Of a stretch of DNA of 64,000 nt, positions 11,986-24,539 are shown piece by piece. Every line of letters starts with the position of its first letter. Positions within the stretch are counted from its first letter, which is position 1. This DNA comes from Azolla caroliniana (Eukaryota > Plantae > Polypodiophyta): assembly GCA_043228905.1 (NCBI GenBank), contig JBHGNT010000004.1:20522001-20586000 (forward strand), written 5' to 3'. The notes under the pieces were generated by a model that ran no database searches, was not told where the DNA came from, and saw only the letters and a list, made by a program, of their open reading frames with translations. The position numbers and the translations under genes were made by a program.

Positions 11986-12499
11986 AGACCTTACACCATG
12001 AGTGAAGACTCACCGTTCTCGATTGAAGAATATTGTTTGTCATCAGACGCTTCGTTTTCCACCGAAGTTATTGTCTGTCGACAGACTCACCATTTTCTAT
12101 CAAAGAATATTGTTTGTCGACAGACTCACCATTTTCTATCGATGAATATTGTCTGAGCTCATCTTCACCTAGAACGCATGTGAATAATGACACATGTGAA
12201 GAGTTCTCTATTGAAGAATACGATATTAATAAAGATATGGAGACCTTACACCATGAGTGAAGACTCATTGTTCTCGATTGAAGAATATTGTTTGTCATCA
12301 GACGCTTCGTTTTCCACCGAAGAGTATTGTCTATCGACAGACTCACCATTTTCTATCAAAGAATATTGTTTGTCAACAGACTCACCATTTTCTATCGATG
12401 AATATTGTCTGAGCTCATCTTCACCTAGAACGCATGTGAATAATGACACATGTGAAGAGTTCTCTATTGAAGAATACGATATTAATAAAGATATGGAGA
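11986..12499 (+). repeat. Tandem duplication (2 x ~255 bp) with internal ~33-bp coding repeats at the transposase 5' end
   Basis: AGACCTTACACCATGAGTGAAGACTCA at 11986 and 12241; encodes (DSPFSIxEYCLS)-like repeats. Confidence 0.88.
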
Positions 12500-15039
12500 A
12501 TTAAGGTAGTGCCAATGAAACATCGAATATCATGGGCGATGGTCACAACAAAGATTCAGATAGTAACAAGGTTACACCAACTTCTATGCAGGAAGAGAAA
12601 TCTAGAAGCCCTATGCATATTAGAAGAATCCCACGAAGAATTCGTCTAGCTAGATTTAACTTTGTGACATCAGATAAGCAAATTGGATTTGATGTCAAAA
12701 AAATATGTTGTGCCCGTGGTTGTATGTCTATGATTGGAAAATCAAAGTTGTGAGAATTAAGGTGATACTATTTTTCGATGACTGGTGATGAGCAAGACAC
12801 TTACCTCGGGTCACATATGCAACTAATGTTTGACAAATGTACGGGGATCAAAGTATCATTCAAGTATTATATCTTCCATGCGCAACAGATATGTAGAGTT
12901 GCATTCAAAATTGCGTTATGTGTTAGTAACATGCGGCTACATAGAGTACAACAACGTTTACTTAGCGGGGATCAGATGCTTAATTCTAAAGAGGTTCCAA
13001 GTATGAAAGGTGCAATTGGAAGACATGCTATTGGTTGGATGAAAAGTTACTTTCAGTTAAATTGTGAAGTAATGCCCACTATAGGTAGGATGCACCTCTC
13101 TGATAATTACACACGTCGGGAAGTTTATGATGTCTATCGATCTGATATGGTGGGCTCACGAATAAATCTGTCACATATAGCCAATTCACAAGATTATGGA
13201 GAGCTCGGTTTTCAAATGTTATCATTCCACATAAAGTACGCATGGGGTATTGCTCCATTTGTGCAAATCTTAAAAGTTTGGCTAAAGGTGCAAAGACATC
13301 AATGGAAAAGGATATGAGTAAGAAGTTACTACATGAGCATCGTGAGGCACAATCATTAGAATGAAAGAAGGCGATGCATCATAGAGAGAAGTGTTTGAAG
13401 AGGCCCGAACAATACATGTGCTTAATGATAGATGGTATGGACCAAAAGAAGACGTGGTTGCCGCATATGCGGAGGCTCCCCAAAGACATCAATGATGAGT
13501 GCCTTGTTCAAATGCACTTGGTGGGATGCTTGGCTTATAATAGGTCAGTTGGACCTCACGTCTTCATTACATACCCCAATGTTCACAATGACCCTAGCCT
13601 AACAATTACAGTGATTCGCTGAGTATTGATGTCTTGGGGCCAACCGTTCTACTCTGTTCTATACATTCAATTGGACAATACTGCTAGAGAGAACAAAAAT
13701 TCAACTATGTTTGGCTATCTAAGTATGTTGGTCAACCAAGGATTGTTTAGAAAAGTGAAAGTCAATTTTCTTTTGGTTGGCCACACACATGATCATATAG
13801 ATAAGATGTTTAGCACATTCTCCAGACAGTTGTTGCGGATGATGCTTTCACATTACCTAAACTATTTGATGTCATTTGTGATGCATATAAACCACGCCCA
13901 AAAGTGTTACACTTGAAGGAGGTATATGACTTTAAGAGATATATATCAGATGGGGGTGTTGGGAATGTTAAAGTGCTCGCTAAGTTAAGCAATATAAGCT
14001 TCAATCACATTTTTATGATAAAGAACAATGAAATAAGTGGTTCTACGCTTTTGTATGCTAAGCAATATTCATCTTCTACAACATGGGAACCTGAAGGTGG
14101 TTGCCAATTATTACTTTGTATGCTGAGTACAATTGTCCATGGAGCTAAACAAATGCCAATTGAGAAGAAAGGATAGTTGCATAGTGACTTGGTATCGGAA
14201 CAAAAACGGTTATGGCTCCAAGCCTTAGAAGAAAAAAGAAAGCATATTGAGGCCGCCAAGAAATATGCCACACAACAAGACACATCATGGTGGGATGTAT
14301 ATTTTTTAGTGATCAGAAAGGAATTATTGACAATTGTGTATTTGGTGATAATTGGAATTTGGAAACGCCATTCATATGGTTGCTACAACATGATCGTGTA
14401 AATAAAACTCCGGAGCAACCAACAAATGCGATTAATGACAATTTGGTCCATCCACAACAAAGAGACATTTATGAGGGACCAAGGATGACCAAAGCAGCCA
14501 AAGCTAGATGGCAAGGCAATTTGCAAGAGCTCGCGGCGGGGATGTTGATTGCAACGCCGGCTGATGAGAACTCACATGGCCACCAATTTTGGGTTGGTAA
14601 AATTCTAGAAGTGCTAATGCATGAAATAGAAAACACGATCAAGTCTATAAATGTTCATTGGTACAACACTAGAAGTGCAAATGCTTTTACAGGTAAGTAT
14701 ACATTGGAGATGATTGAATGCCTAACAAGAAGGGGTGGTAGGAAGAGGAAGCTAAACATTCGTAACACCTCAACCCTTGATATATCTGATGTGGATATCA
14801 TCGTGTACGACTTCACGCTTACAAAAGCCGGATGATTAAGGAAGTCAACAATAGATATAATAAAAGAAAAATTACCAGGTCTACAAGCTGGCTCGAGTCG
14901 AAGGCAAACGAGATCTGGTACATATAATCTTGAGTCAAACCATTTGGTTTATGATGAAGATAATGCACTGATTGGTACATCCGAGGATGACGAGGAGGAA
15001 TTGTCATTGTATATTAGTTATAGTAGTGATTCTCCGTAA
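11998..15039 (+). pseudogene. Sola-like DDD/E transposase (stops and frameshifts)
   Basis: Cys-rich CCARGC, ICRVAFKIALCVSNMRL and RMGYCSICANL; catalytic-core motifs LMIDGMDQKKT (~13431), LYIQLDNTARENKN (~13674), FLLVGHTHDHIDKMFS (~13779); acidic C-terminus ending in TAA at 15037-15039. The superfamily call rests on motif memory plus the 4-bp TSD. Confidence 0.8.
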
Positions 15040-15371
15040 AGGAGTGATCATGAATGTATTTTTGGCTATTAAGTGTAACTACATTCCGCTTATAACAAAT
15101 CGAGTAATATAAAAGCATGTGTTTTGAGTTCTTATGATTTCTAAAAAAACATTTCTTATAAAATAACATTGGTTGTAAAGTTTGTGATATAAATTGAGAA
15201 TGTAACTTTTTGAAATTCCTCTTTTTTTATTTATTTCTAAATCACAAAAATAGTGGATTTTAAACCTTTTTCATTGTATATTTGAACATGTATGATACTG
15301 GTATCAATGTGTTTTGTAAAATCATTGAAAAGGTACTAAAATCAACCAAAATATTCCTTGTCTTTCCATTT

Positions 15372-15407
15372 ATGCACGATCCTTCCACTTGTGAACGCGA
15401 ATGTGTT
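15372..15407 (-). repeat. Right terminal inverted repeat (36 bp)
   Basis: Inverted match to 715-750 with 3 transition mismatches, followed by TSD TTAT. Confidence 0.9.
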
Positions 15408-15665
15408 TTATGAAGAGTGGAAATAGTGTGAAATATGGGCGGCAAGCGTTGTGATAAAGGTATATGTAGGTGGGTAATCAGAGGGGGTTAGAGTAGTTCT
15501 GTTAGTGTTAGGGATGGTGGTGGCTGAGAGGTTAGTGTCAGTGCTAGCAGATTCATCAGGGAGTGTAGAGGACTCAACATCATTATGGTTGTCACCATCA
15601 CACGTGTTGCAGTTGTCATCATCAACGTCTTTCTACAAGGGGAATGGTTTGGCTTTGCTACCATT

Positions 15666-16023
15666 CATAGTTGTTAAAAAACGTTTATTCTTCGTTTACA
15701 ATACGTTTTAGAATACTTTGAAGTATTCTACATTTTAGAACTGCCACTTTTCAAAATTTCACATATTCTACGTATTTAACGAGTATTTATCATTTAAAAA
15801 AACATCAAAATTTTTGATTTTTTTTTTGAAAATGAACTTTAAATTTTAAGAAGTATTTAATGCATTTTACAAGTATTCTATGTATTTAAAGTATTCTACA
15901 CGTATTCTAAGTATTTAATGTATTTTATTTGTAAAATATGTATCCTAAGTATATTTTTAAATAGTTAGAATACTTGGCATACGTATTCTACACATATGGT
16001 ATGCCAACTATTCTACAACAATG
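15666..16023. mobile_element. hAT-type MITE (358 bp)
   Basis: Ends CATAGTTGTT...TACAACAATG; 8-bp TSD CTACCATT at 15658-15665 and 16024-16031; internal GTATT(C/T) repeats. Confidence 0.75.
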
Positions 16024-17849
16024 CTACCATTACTTATTATTGTATTACTATTAGTAGATTCATCATGGAGTGTAGAGGGGTTGACATCATTATGATTTTC
16101 GGCATCATATATGTGTTGCAATTGTTGTCGCAATTTTTTTTTGTTGAAGCGGCATTGTTTGGCTTCACTATCGCATATGGCATATTATTGTGTTATTTTT
16201 TAAAGTAGTTTATATTGTTATGATTATTTTATTATTTGTTATTTATTTTGTATGATTTATCTATTTAGTATTTATTTTATTGACTTATTGATTGATTTAT
16301 TGGTAGATATACAAATTCATCTAACACTAGAGTTTAGCACTAGGGGTTGTGGTGAGTGATTGTTGTCACACAATCTTGTGTGGCCACTTGGGATGAGTTG
16401 AGGAGCCAAAGCGGGGTGTTCTCATCACCCCTAATATTTGGTAACTCACCACGGTGCTAACCACATATTCTTGTGTCATTTGACCTACACATGTAGCATC
16501 ATAGGATATTGCATACCCACCTCATGACTTGACCTATTCACAAAAGCCAACTAAAACTAAAGGGTGGGTTAGTATGCACGATGTCATAGTCGAACGGAAG
16601 GATAAGGGCACTCAAGCCACGAGGCAAGATAGAAAACAACTTACAAAATCTCAAGGTGGCGCAAGGGACCACCCAAATTTTGGTTCCTAAGCATAGTTCA
16701 GTATAGAGACTTGATTGAGCCAATCATGACAGAAAAACACCTGATCAGAAACCTCAATGTTATGTTTGCCCCTCTAGAAAACAAGGTAATGATGGGGTGA
16801 CCAAGGAAGACATACGAACTAAACTAATGTCACAACCTTCGTTCAAGGCCAACCAACATACACCAGCACTAGAACCAAACGTTCACACGAAGTCACATCA
16901 GTTCCACAACCTAGGGGTAGCTAACTATAGTAGTTTAACTTCTCACCATTTTCACCTAAGTGGTTTAATGACTCATGTTTTTGGTGCCCCCAAAAACCCC
17001 CTTACAAGTTTGAGGTTTCTAGTCTGTAGTATTGAAGTTGGGCCCATGGATGTAAGTGTATAGGTTGTGTACATATACAATTTTAATTTTTGTTGCATAG
17101 TCTAAGCTATGTATAATTGCCTTTTCTTTTTCTTCTTTTCTTTTGTTGTTTCTTGCTAACACTCCTCCCATGTGCACCTCCCATCAAATCTCTACCCATC
17201 TTCATACCCATCTCTAGCTTCACTTCTAGCTCCATCTTCACCCTCATTTTTCATCTTAATCTTCATATCCATCTTCATATTTGCCTCTAACAGGACCATC
17301 CCAGGCACGAATGCCCATGAAGATAGCTTATGATCATTGCTCACTACATAGAACCAAAAGAATGAAGCTCAGGAAGAGAACACACACAAGTCATGCTAGT
17401 GAAGAAACTCATGTATGAAGAGCACACAATATGACTACGTGAAGACAACTCGAGAAAGCTAGCTCACAATTTGGACGGATACCCCCTCCCCCAAAAAATG
17501 TTACCACCCCAATCATCTTTTCCTACCACATCAACAATACACCACACTATCATCCTCCCCATCCTCATTGTCACCAACAACTAACACCAACCCGTAACAA
17601 ATATAGTCATAATTTTCTACGTGCACTACTCATACTCACCCTTATAACTTCCTTTATGCCAACCCTAATCACTATACCCACTACCACTATTTCTCCATCG
17701 CATACTACTACTACTAGTACTTAGTCTAACACCATACTTCTATACATACATAATTAATTAATTAAATAAATAATTTTAAAATACAATACAAATTATAAAA
17801 TAAATATCTCATTGCCTCTTGACCCTCTAACTTCCCTTGACATGCTCAC

Positions 17850-19073
17850 CAACTCACCCACACCTGGTATCACACCTTCACCATTTTGTTGTCGGTGTGT
17901 GTGCTCGTCGAAGGACCCTTGTGGTTCTCTCCAACGAGAAGCATTGATCGCAACTCGAACAATGATGACATACTCTCTCTCGTGCAAACTGCCATCCGGA
18001 ATGATCCGAACTTAGATGCCAACCCACCAAGATAGACCTTCAGCATTTCGTCCTCGACGATCACATTGATGGAGGCGAGAGAGTCATAAATGTCTTTGAT
18101 CGGAGAGGTGTAATCAGCCACCGACATGTCTCTTTGTCGGACATTGCTCAACTCTTGTCTGAGTTGTAGCTTTCTGGTTGTGGTGCTTACGGAGAATATC
18201 TTCGTCAGATTTCCCCAAGCCTCCTTTGGTGTTTTGGCGTCTCGGATGTAGCTCAATAGCTGATCACCGACACTAGATGCAAAGTAGTAGAGAGCTTTGC
18301 TTGCCACCTATTCCCAGGCCTGAAAATCCCTGTGTGTCGAATTCGGTGTTGCATCATTTTCTCCTTCGACATTACTATAGTATTCGTGTTCGATCAAGTA
18401 CTAGTGCATCTTGTACGACCAAGATGCGTAGTTGTTTCTGTCGAGCTTCTCCATCGGAAGCGAGCTTCCCATACTTCTGTCCATTTCTCTTCTTGTCTGT
18501 TCTTACCAGGTGCTAGGTCTTGGTTTATGTTGAAAGTTATTGTAGGTAGCAAAGGATGTTCAACCCTCACACTCTAATACCATGTAAAAGAAAATATGTG
18601 GAAGCTGTAACAGATCACAACCGGCTCAACCGGATAGAAATAGAGAACACAGAGAGAAAATGGAGATACACGGAGTGGGTGAGAGAGAGAGAGACAAAGA
18701 GAGAGCAAGACAATAAAACTCTGTGCATACAATGTGCTTTGTGAGCACTTTTATACAAGTCCTTAATATGTCATGATATGGCAAGACTCAAACCCATGAC
18801 CTTAGGTTACATAGGTCGAGCTCTTGACCATTATACCATCTATTGTAATACATAAAATATTATTTTCATTTAAGTTTTATTATAGAAAATTGATGTATAG
18901 TCCAGATTTCTCTAAAACATTCTAGAAACTTCAAGAGTATTCCTGGGAATACTATAAAAGGAGGCACAAGGCATTATTTCGAACCAAATCGGTTCAACGC
19001 CAGTTTTAAGCCTCCTAGCTACTATTGTATACTCTCTTCACATAATATATATCTTTTATCATCATTCTCTCAC

Positions 19074-19123
<50 letters not shown>

Positions 19124-19425
19124 ACTCACTCACTCTTTCCTTCTCTCGAGAGTTCTACACCTCTCTTAGTACTAATTCTCATCTTTTAGTACTAATTCCT
19201 TCTCTGTCTTAGTACTGATCCTAACATAAAAGGATTGATAGAAGTACTGACAAGTACTTCAATGCTTGTACCGAGCGACAAACACTAACTCCTAAACATA
19301 TGCCTACATACTAGGCTAGGATCGTAGGCCGCTAATGGCCTAACGATTACACTCAGATCTGGACACCGATCTGGCTCTTGGCTTATTCGGCTGATACGGA
19401 TCATGTTCAACTTGCTCGCTCAACA
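17850..19425 (-). mobile_element. Truncated copia (5' LTR + PBS + gag)
   Basis: gag ORF 17870-18307 is homologous to the first copia gag. PBS TGGTATTAGAG at 18571-18582; LTR ~18583-19425, apparently with another LTR-like piece nested at ~18844-19226. Confidence 0.7.
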
Positions 19426-19952
19426 TGATGTAACCGACCCTCGAGCAATAAAAGGAGGGGAGGAAGACCGTTTTAGGGATCTATAGTTTTGGAGGGGAAG
19501 GTGTTGTCGGTTTGCACTGTCCGGTGAGGTAGACTGAGGCCTATGCTCATGTAGGAAGCCCATGTGTTCTTGCTAACTGGCTGAAAGCCAATTCTGTGTA
19601 TTTGATTTTTTTCTTTAATCTATTATTTGTAATTCCAGTATTCGGGTACTTTCTCCCTCTGTGTTGTGGCAACATTTATATCTCTGTTTCGGTGTCTGAG
19701 AAGGCGTTTCTTCTCCCCTCCTTCGTTTTCGTGTTTTTACTTGAGTCTGCGAGCCCATGCACTCATTTTCCCGTAATCCAATGACAGGGCCAGATCGGAT
19801 ACAGTTTCTACAAGCCCTTGTGCGCAATAAAGGACTCTAGCAACGAGTCGGGTAACCGCTACGAACTTAGTAGCTTCTCTTCCTCCGACTCCCTAGTCAA
19901 GGACCCCCTTGGTTTTGCCTGATCCGACACGTACACTCAGAAATCCACGACA
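19426..19952 (+). mobile_element. Probable solo LTR
   Basis: TG...CA ends. The 3' part CTCCCTAGTC.AGGACCCCC.TGGT resembles the reverse complement of ~45825-45855. No clean TSD. Confidence 0.4.
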
Positions 19953-20908
19953 TCGTGAACTTTGGAATTTGCAGCAGACATTGTACGTAGTAGCGCGAGG
20001 GCTGGTTGGTCGATTACCTTCCTTGGTGTGGTATTGCTTGATACTACAACATTCATTGCGAGAATCAACAAGAGTTCATATTATAACATGAGCCTAATAT
20101 TACAAATAGAGTCAGGAATAGTGAAGGAACTTGCGACTCAAGTACTAAACCACTTGGACACACATATCTAGGTGGTAAGGAACAATGTTAGTACTAATAC
20201 AAGTTATACAATGAAACAACTAAGACCTTCAGTACTAAATAATGAGTATTGAATCAACTGAACACCAAGGAACACAATGTAAAGTACTAATACAACTTAA
20301 GCTAGATTTCCTTCGGCAACTAAAAATTTACCTAAATATCTTAGAGCCAAATCATGTAAACAATGTACTAAAATGCCAAAAAAAGAATGTGCAATAGTGT
20401 AAGGACATTTGGTAGTACTAAACGTCGAAAATGTAGGAGGTAGTACTAGCCCACCTAAATATACAATGTATTCTAGTACTAAAGGAACTATACACATAAT
20501 TCCCAATGAAGTGTGTATTGTGCTAGTAAGGGCCAACATTTAATATACAATGGATTCTAGTACTAAATCAACTATACACCTAATTGCAGAATGACATGTG
20601 TATTATGCTAGTAGTAACCCACCTAAATATACGTAAGGGATTTAATCATAGAAACATGTCTAGTACTACAACAACTCTACACCAATTTGTAAAATTAGCT
20701 GTGATGAATGCGCCAGTACTAAACCACATAGATTTCTATGCAAAATATAGTATTTGGAGCAACATCAGTACTCAACCATTATTTTCCTAGTGTGTGGTAT
20801 GAATTGTGGCCTACACCAATACTAAACCAAATGTAAAATGGAATCGTATAATACAAATTACATATTAGCAGAATCACATACCATAGGAGTGAACTTTGAA
20901 ACCCCAAG

Positions 20909-22160
20909 CTAAGTACCATTCAACTCCAACTGTACTTTTACAGTCCATACATGTATTTTCTTTCTCAAAATGGTACTTAGCACATAACGAATTATATGTG
21001 TGCAAGTATGGTGTAATGATAGCATCCATAGCCTCAAGCTTGAATCCAAGGCCACAAAATACACATGTGTAGTAACGAGACACAAACTACAATATATTAG
21101 CACAGATGATATTTTATACCATAGAAGATCAAAAAGGAAAAATGTAAAGCAATACCGTGATATAGTAATACTTGTAATGCTACTTTCCATGCAAGCGGGG
21201 TGCTCAACTACGTCTGGACACAAAGTATCTAAACCTTTCTCTTTTAGAGCCTTCCTCAAACATACAAGGTTCTCAGAATGCAGCTTTAAGGCTGAAAACT
21301 TATCATAAATTTCCACATGAGAAGATCTCCATGTATCAAGATCTCTCTTCTGTGAGCACAATTGAGTATCCATATTTGTCAGCTCCTTCTCCAACTCCTC
21401 TTTCAACACATTGCTTTCAAAATTTTGGATTGTTGATGCAATCCATTCGTATGCAGTCGATATCGATGAGAATTGCTTCTTTGCCGCCATCTCACCTGAT
21501 GTAACTGGCTCCAAATTGGCAAGTAGTGCTTGCATTCTTGTTTTCATGGCAACTATGCAGCTCAACAACAACTCTTCATGTGTTTTTGTTAGTGTGGCTC
21601 TTACTTTTGCAATCTGTTCATCCAACACAGGTGACCTCACTGGGATTTCAATATGAGAGGTACCCTCAGACTTCATAGTAGTGTTTGTACTGGAGGACCC
21701 TCTATAATGTGATGATCGGTGATGAGCAAAATCTTCCCAATCAACTTCAATGCCAACGTGAACTTCACATGCAAATGCACGTGCAAAATCTGTTCCAACC
21801 TTGTTGTTTATGACATGCTTAGTATCATAAACCTGTTCATATCACGTCTTCCGTTTGGTGATATAATCCTTCTCAAAGTAGCTAATGTGGAATCCTCTCC
21901 TTGAATTGGGTTGTGATGAGCCCCAGGTTTTCATCATCCACATGTATAGGTCTTCATAAATGTCAAGTCGTGCATGAAGGAAATAACCCCATCCTAATTT
22001 TGTACCTCGAAGGATGGTTGTGCACATCTTCTTGCCATGAGTTGTTGAAATCTTTAGCCTTTCTCTAGTGGGGGTCTTCTTAGTTTCTTTGATGGGGGTC
22101 CTTTTTCTTTCCTATGGTGTCTTCACTTTTTCTTTGACTAGTGTCTTCTTTGCCATTTTT
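20909..22160 (-). pseudogene. Unknown degenerate coiled-coil protein gene, probably transposon-borne
   Basis: 255-aa ORF with heptad-like segments plus upstream fragments (…DFARAFACEVHVGIEVDWEDFAHH). No recognised domain. Confidence 0.35.
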
Positions 22161-22389
22161 CTCCCGCCGCTCTTCTTCAGCTAAGACTTCCACAAAATGT
22201 CAAAAGATAATAATACCACAACATAATATTAACTCCCAATACACAACATATACATGTCATCATAACAGTACTAAGTCAGGCACAATAGCACAACAACAAC
22301 AATTGCAAGAAGTTGACTCTCAAATGAACACTACAGAAAAACAAGAACACAAACAGACAGAACACAAAGAAACATACACAACATGAACA

Positions 22390-23046
22390 TGTTGTGAACA
22401 GACAGAACAACAACAAACTGATGAGAAATCGATGCGGAATAGATCATAGAAAACGAACTACGCGTTGAAATACAAATTACAAAAATGGTAGAAAGACAAG
22501 ATAAACAAGATGTACACAAAGATTTATGTGGAAACCCTAAACCAGGGAAAATCACGGGTGAACAGAATCTTCACTATACAAATTGGATATACAACACCGA
22601 GAGGAATACAACACTGTGTTGAGTGTATCAGCCGCACAGGGCTCTTCGCGTCTGCTGTTACTCACACAACTATGGCGCGACTCACACACCTCTCTCTCTC
22701 TCACTCACTCTCAGCATACTATGACTTCTATTCGTCACTGTTCTACACTAACTAAAGTTTTCCCTAGTTGCATATATACTTACGCAACTTTCATACTATT
22801 TACAAATATAGTCTCTCGAGTTGGCTATGTACACGACTCCGGTTTCGGCCTCGGTCAAGTCCCTCATCAACTCGGCTCCTCTCTCTCCCCATTCGGAGAG
22901 ACCTGTTTCCTAACATCATCATCATTATTACCATAATAATAATAGTCGAATTCTCAAACAATCGACTCACTGTTTTTGACTCTTCGACTGTCGGCTTTCT
23001 GAACTGTCGGCTCTTCCTTCCACTGGAGGGACATATTCCCAACACA
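22390..23046 (-). mobile_element. Copia-type solo LTR
   Basis: The reverse complement contains CCCGTGATTTTCCC...GGGTTTCCACATAAATC, the same U5-type motif as the LTR at 60460-60500. TG/CA ends; TSD imperfect. Confidence 0.55.
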
Positions 23047-23379
23047 AACATGCCCAAATAGAACAAAAACAACAACAACAAAAGCATCATATCATCATAG
23101 GACCCCCTTTCCATGAGTGAACCTATACAAGATTCAAGCATATGCATGTACAAGACTCTCAAATGAATAGAGGAGAAAAACACAAACAACAACAACAAAA
23201 AGGACAACAATAGACAAGACAAGAACAAGAACAAGAACATTTAACTTCATCAACAAGAACATAGCATCATAGCACCCTCTTTCCATATGTGAACATGTAC
23301 AAGATTCAAGCAAATGCAAAACATGAAACAAAGACTAAAGCAAGGGGAGACCCAAATGTTGTACTTGATCTAGGTACCT

Positions 23380-23680
23380 GTTGCAGATGTCGTTGCAGAG
23401 GGGACACAACGAGCACAGGTCGAAAGCAAGGGAACACACCGAGTAAAGGGAACACATCAAGCACAAGTCATTGACAGAGGGAACACAACTAGCAGAGGTG
23501 GTTGTAGAGGGAACACAGTGAGTAGACGAAACACAGCCAGCAGAGGTTGATGTAGAGAGGACACAATGAGCAAAGAACGCCTGGAGGTTGTAGAGGGGTC
23601 ACGACGAGGAGACTGAGTAGAGAATGTGGGGAAACAACGAGCAGAAGGTCGTTGTAGAGAGACATTGTTGAGAAGCAAGC
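23380..23680. repeat. Degenerate short tandem repeats (GTTGTAGAGGG.ACACA..GAG)
   Basis: About 7 diverged copies visible. Confidence 0.55.
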
Positions 23681-23982
23681 TCAACATGGTATGTGATGCT
23701 TATTGGGAAATAAGCTATAGTAGCTATTTAGCTACTTCTGAACATAAAGGAGAAACAACTAATTAGCTGCTACAGAGGTAAGTCTCCTTCCCTCTTCCCT
23801 TCTGTGTTTGAGCACCAAACGATCTAGCACACCAATCTGCCGCGCACATAAGAAGAGCCCGAGTGCCTTCTTCATGTTTTCTTAATAGACATGACGAGCA
23901 GAGACAACTTGGAGGTTATAGAGGGGTCATAATGAGTAGAGTGTGTAGAGAACATGGGGAAACAATGAGTAGAAGGTGGAAG

Positions 23983-24025
<43 letters not shown>

Positions 24026-24539
24026 ACTAACTGAATAATTGACTCACAGCTCAAGATCTTATACAATTAAGTACTCCGTACAACTTTACCTAGGATTGTG
24101 AACTGACAATCTCAAATGAAATTGATTACACGAGGGACACTTTGGACACAGACATAATAGTGGAAGGATTTGCAATGTTTATTGTTATTTGAAATCCAAA
24201 ACTCATTGGATGTGACTTTTAATTTTATAACAAGTGTTGATAAACTTTTTAGACCCAAATATTGGATTATTTTCAAATTTTTATGTTTTTTCTCCTCATT
24301 GAATTAGTACTAGAATTTTGGCCAAAAGTTGGTACACCGTAGGTTTCTTTCACCCGTATACAGTTACTCTTGTGTGCTTACAATTGTCTCTTTCTCACAC
24401 ACACATTGTCTATTGATCTTGTTCTTTGTTCATCTTGCTTAGTTACACATCAACTTGTTGTGCTTCATTAAGGGTATTGTTTCTTGTTTCCGCATATTGA
24501 CGGTCTTAGTTTACAATATTTTGGAGATAGACATCTCCA

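Larger units (their letters stand above)
715..15407. mobile_element. Full-length TIR DNA transposon (Sola-like, 4-bp TSD) carrying a transposase and a ParB-DNA methyltransferase gene
   Basis: Left end 715-750 AATACGTTCGCGTTCACAAGTGGAAGGATCGCGCAT matches the reverse complement of 15372-15407 (AACACATTCGCGTTCACAAGTGGAAGGATCGTGCAT) at 33/36 positions. TTAT flanks both ends (711-714 and 15408-15411). A DDD/E transposase lies inside. Confidence 0.9.
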
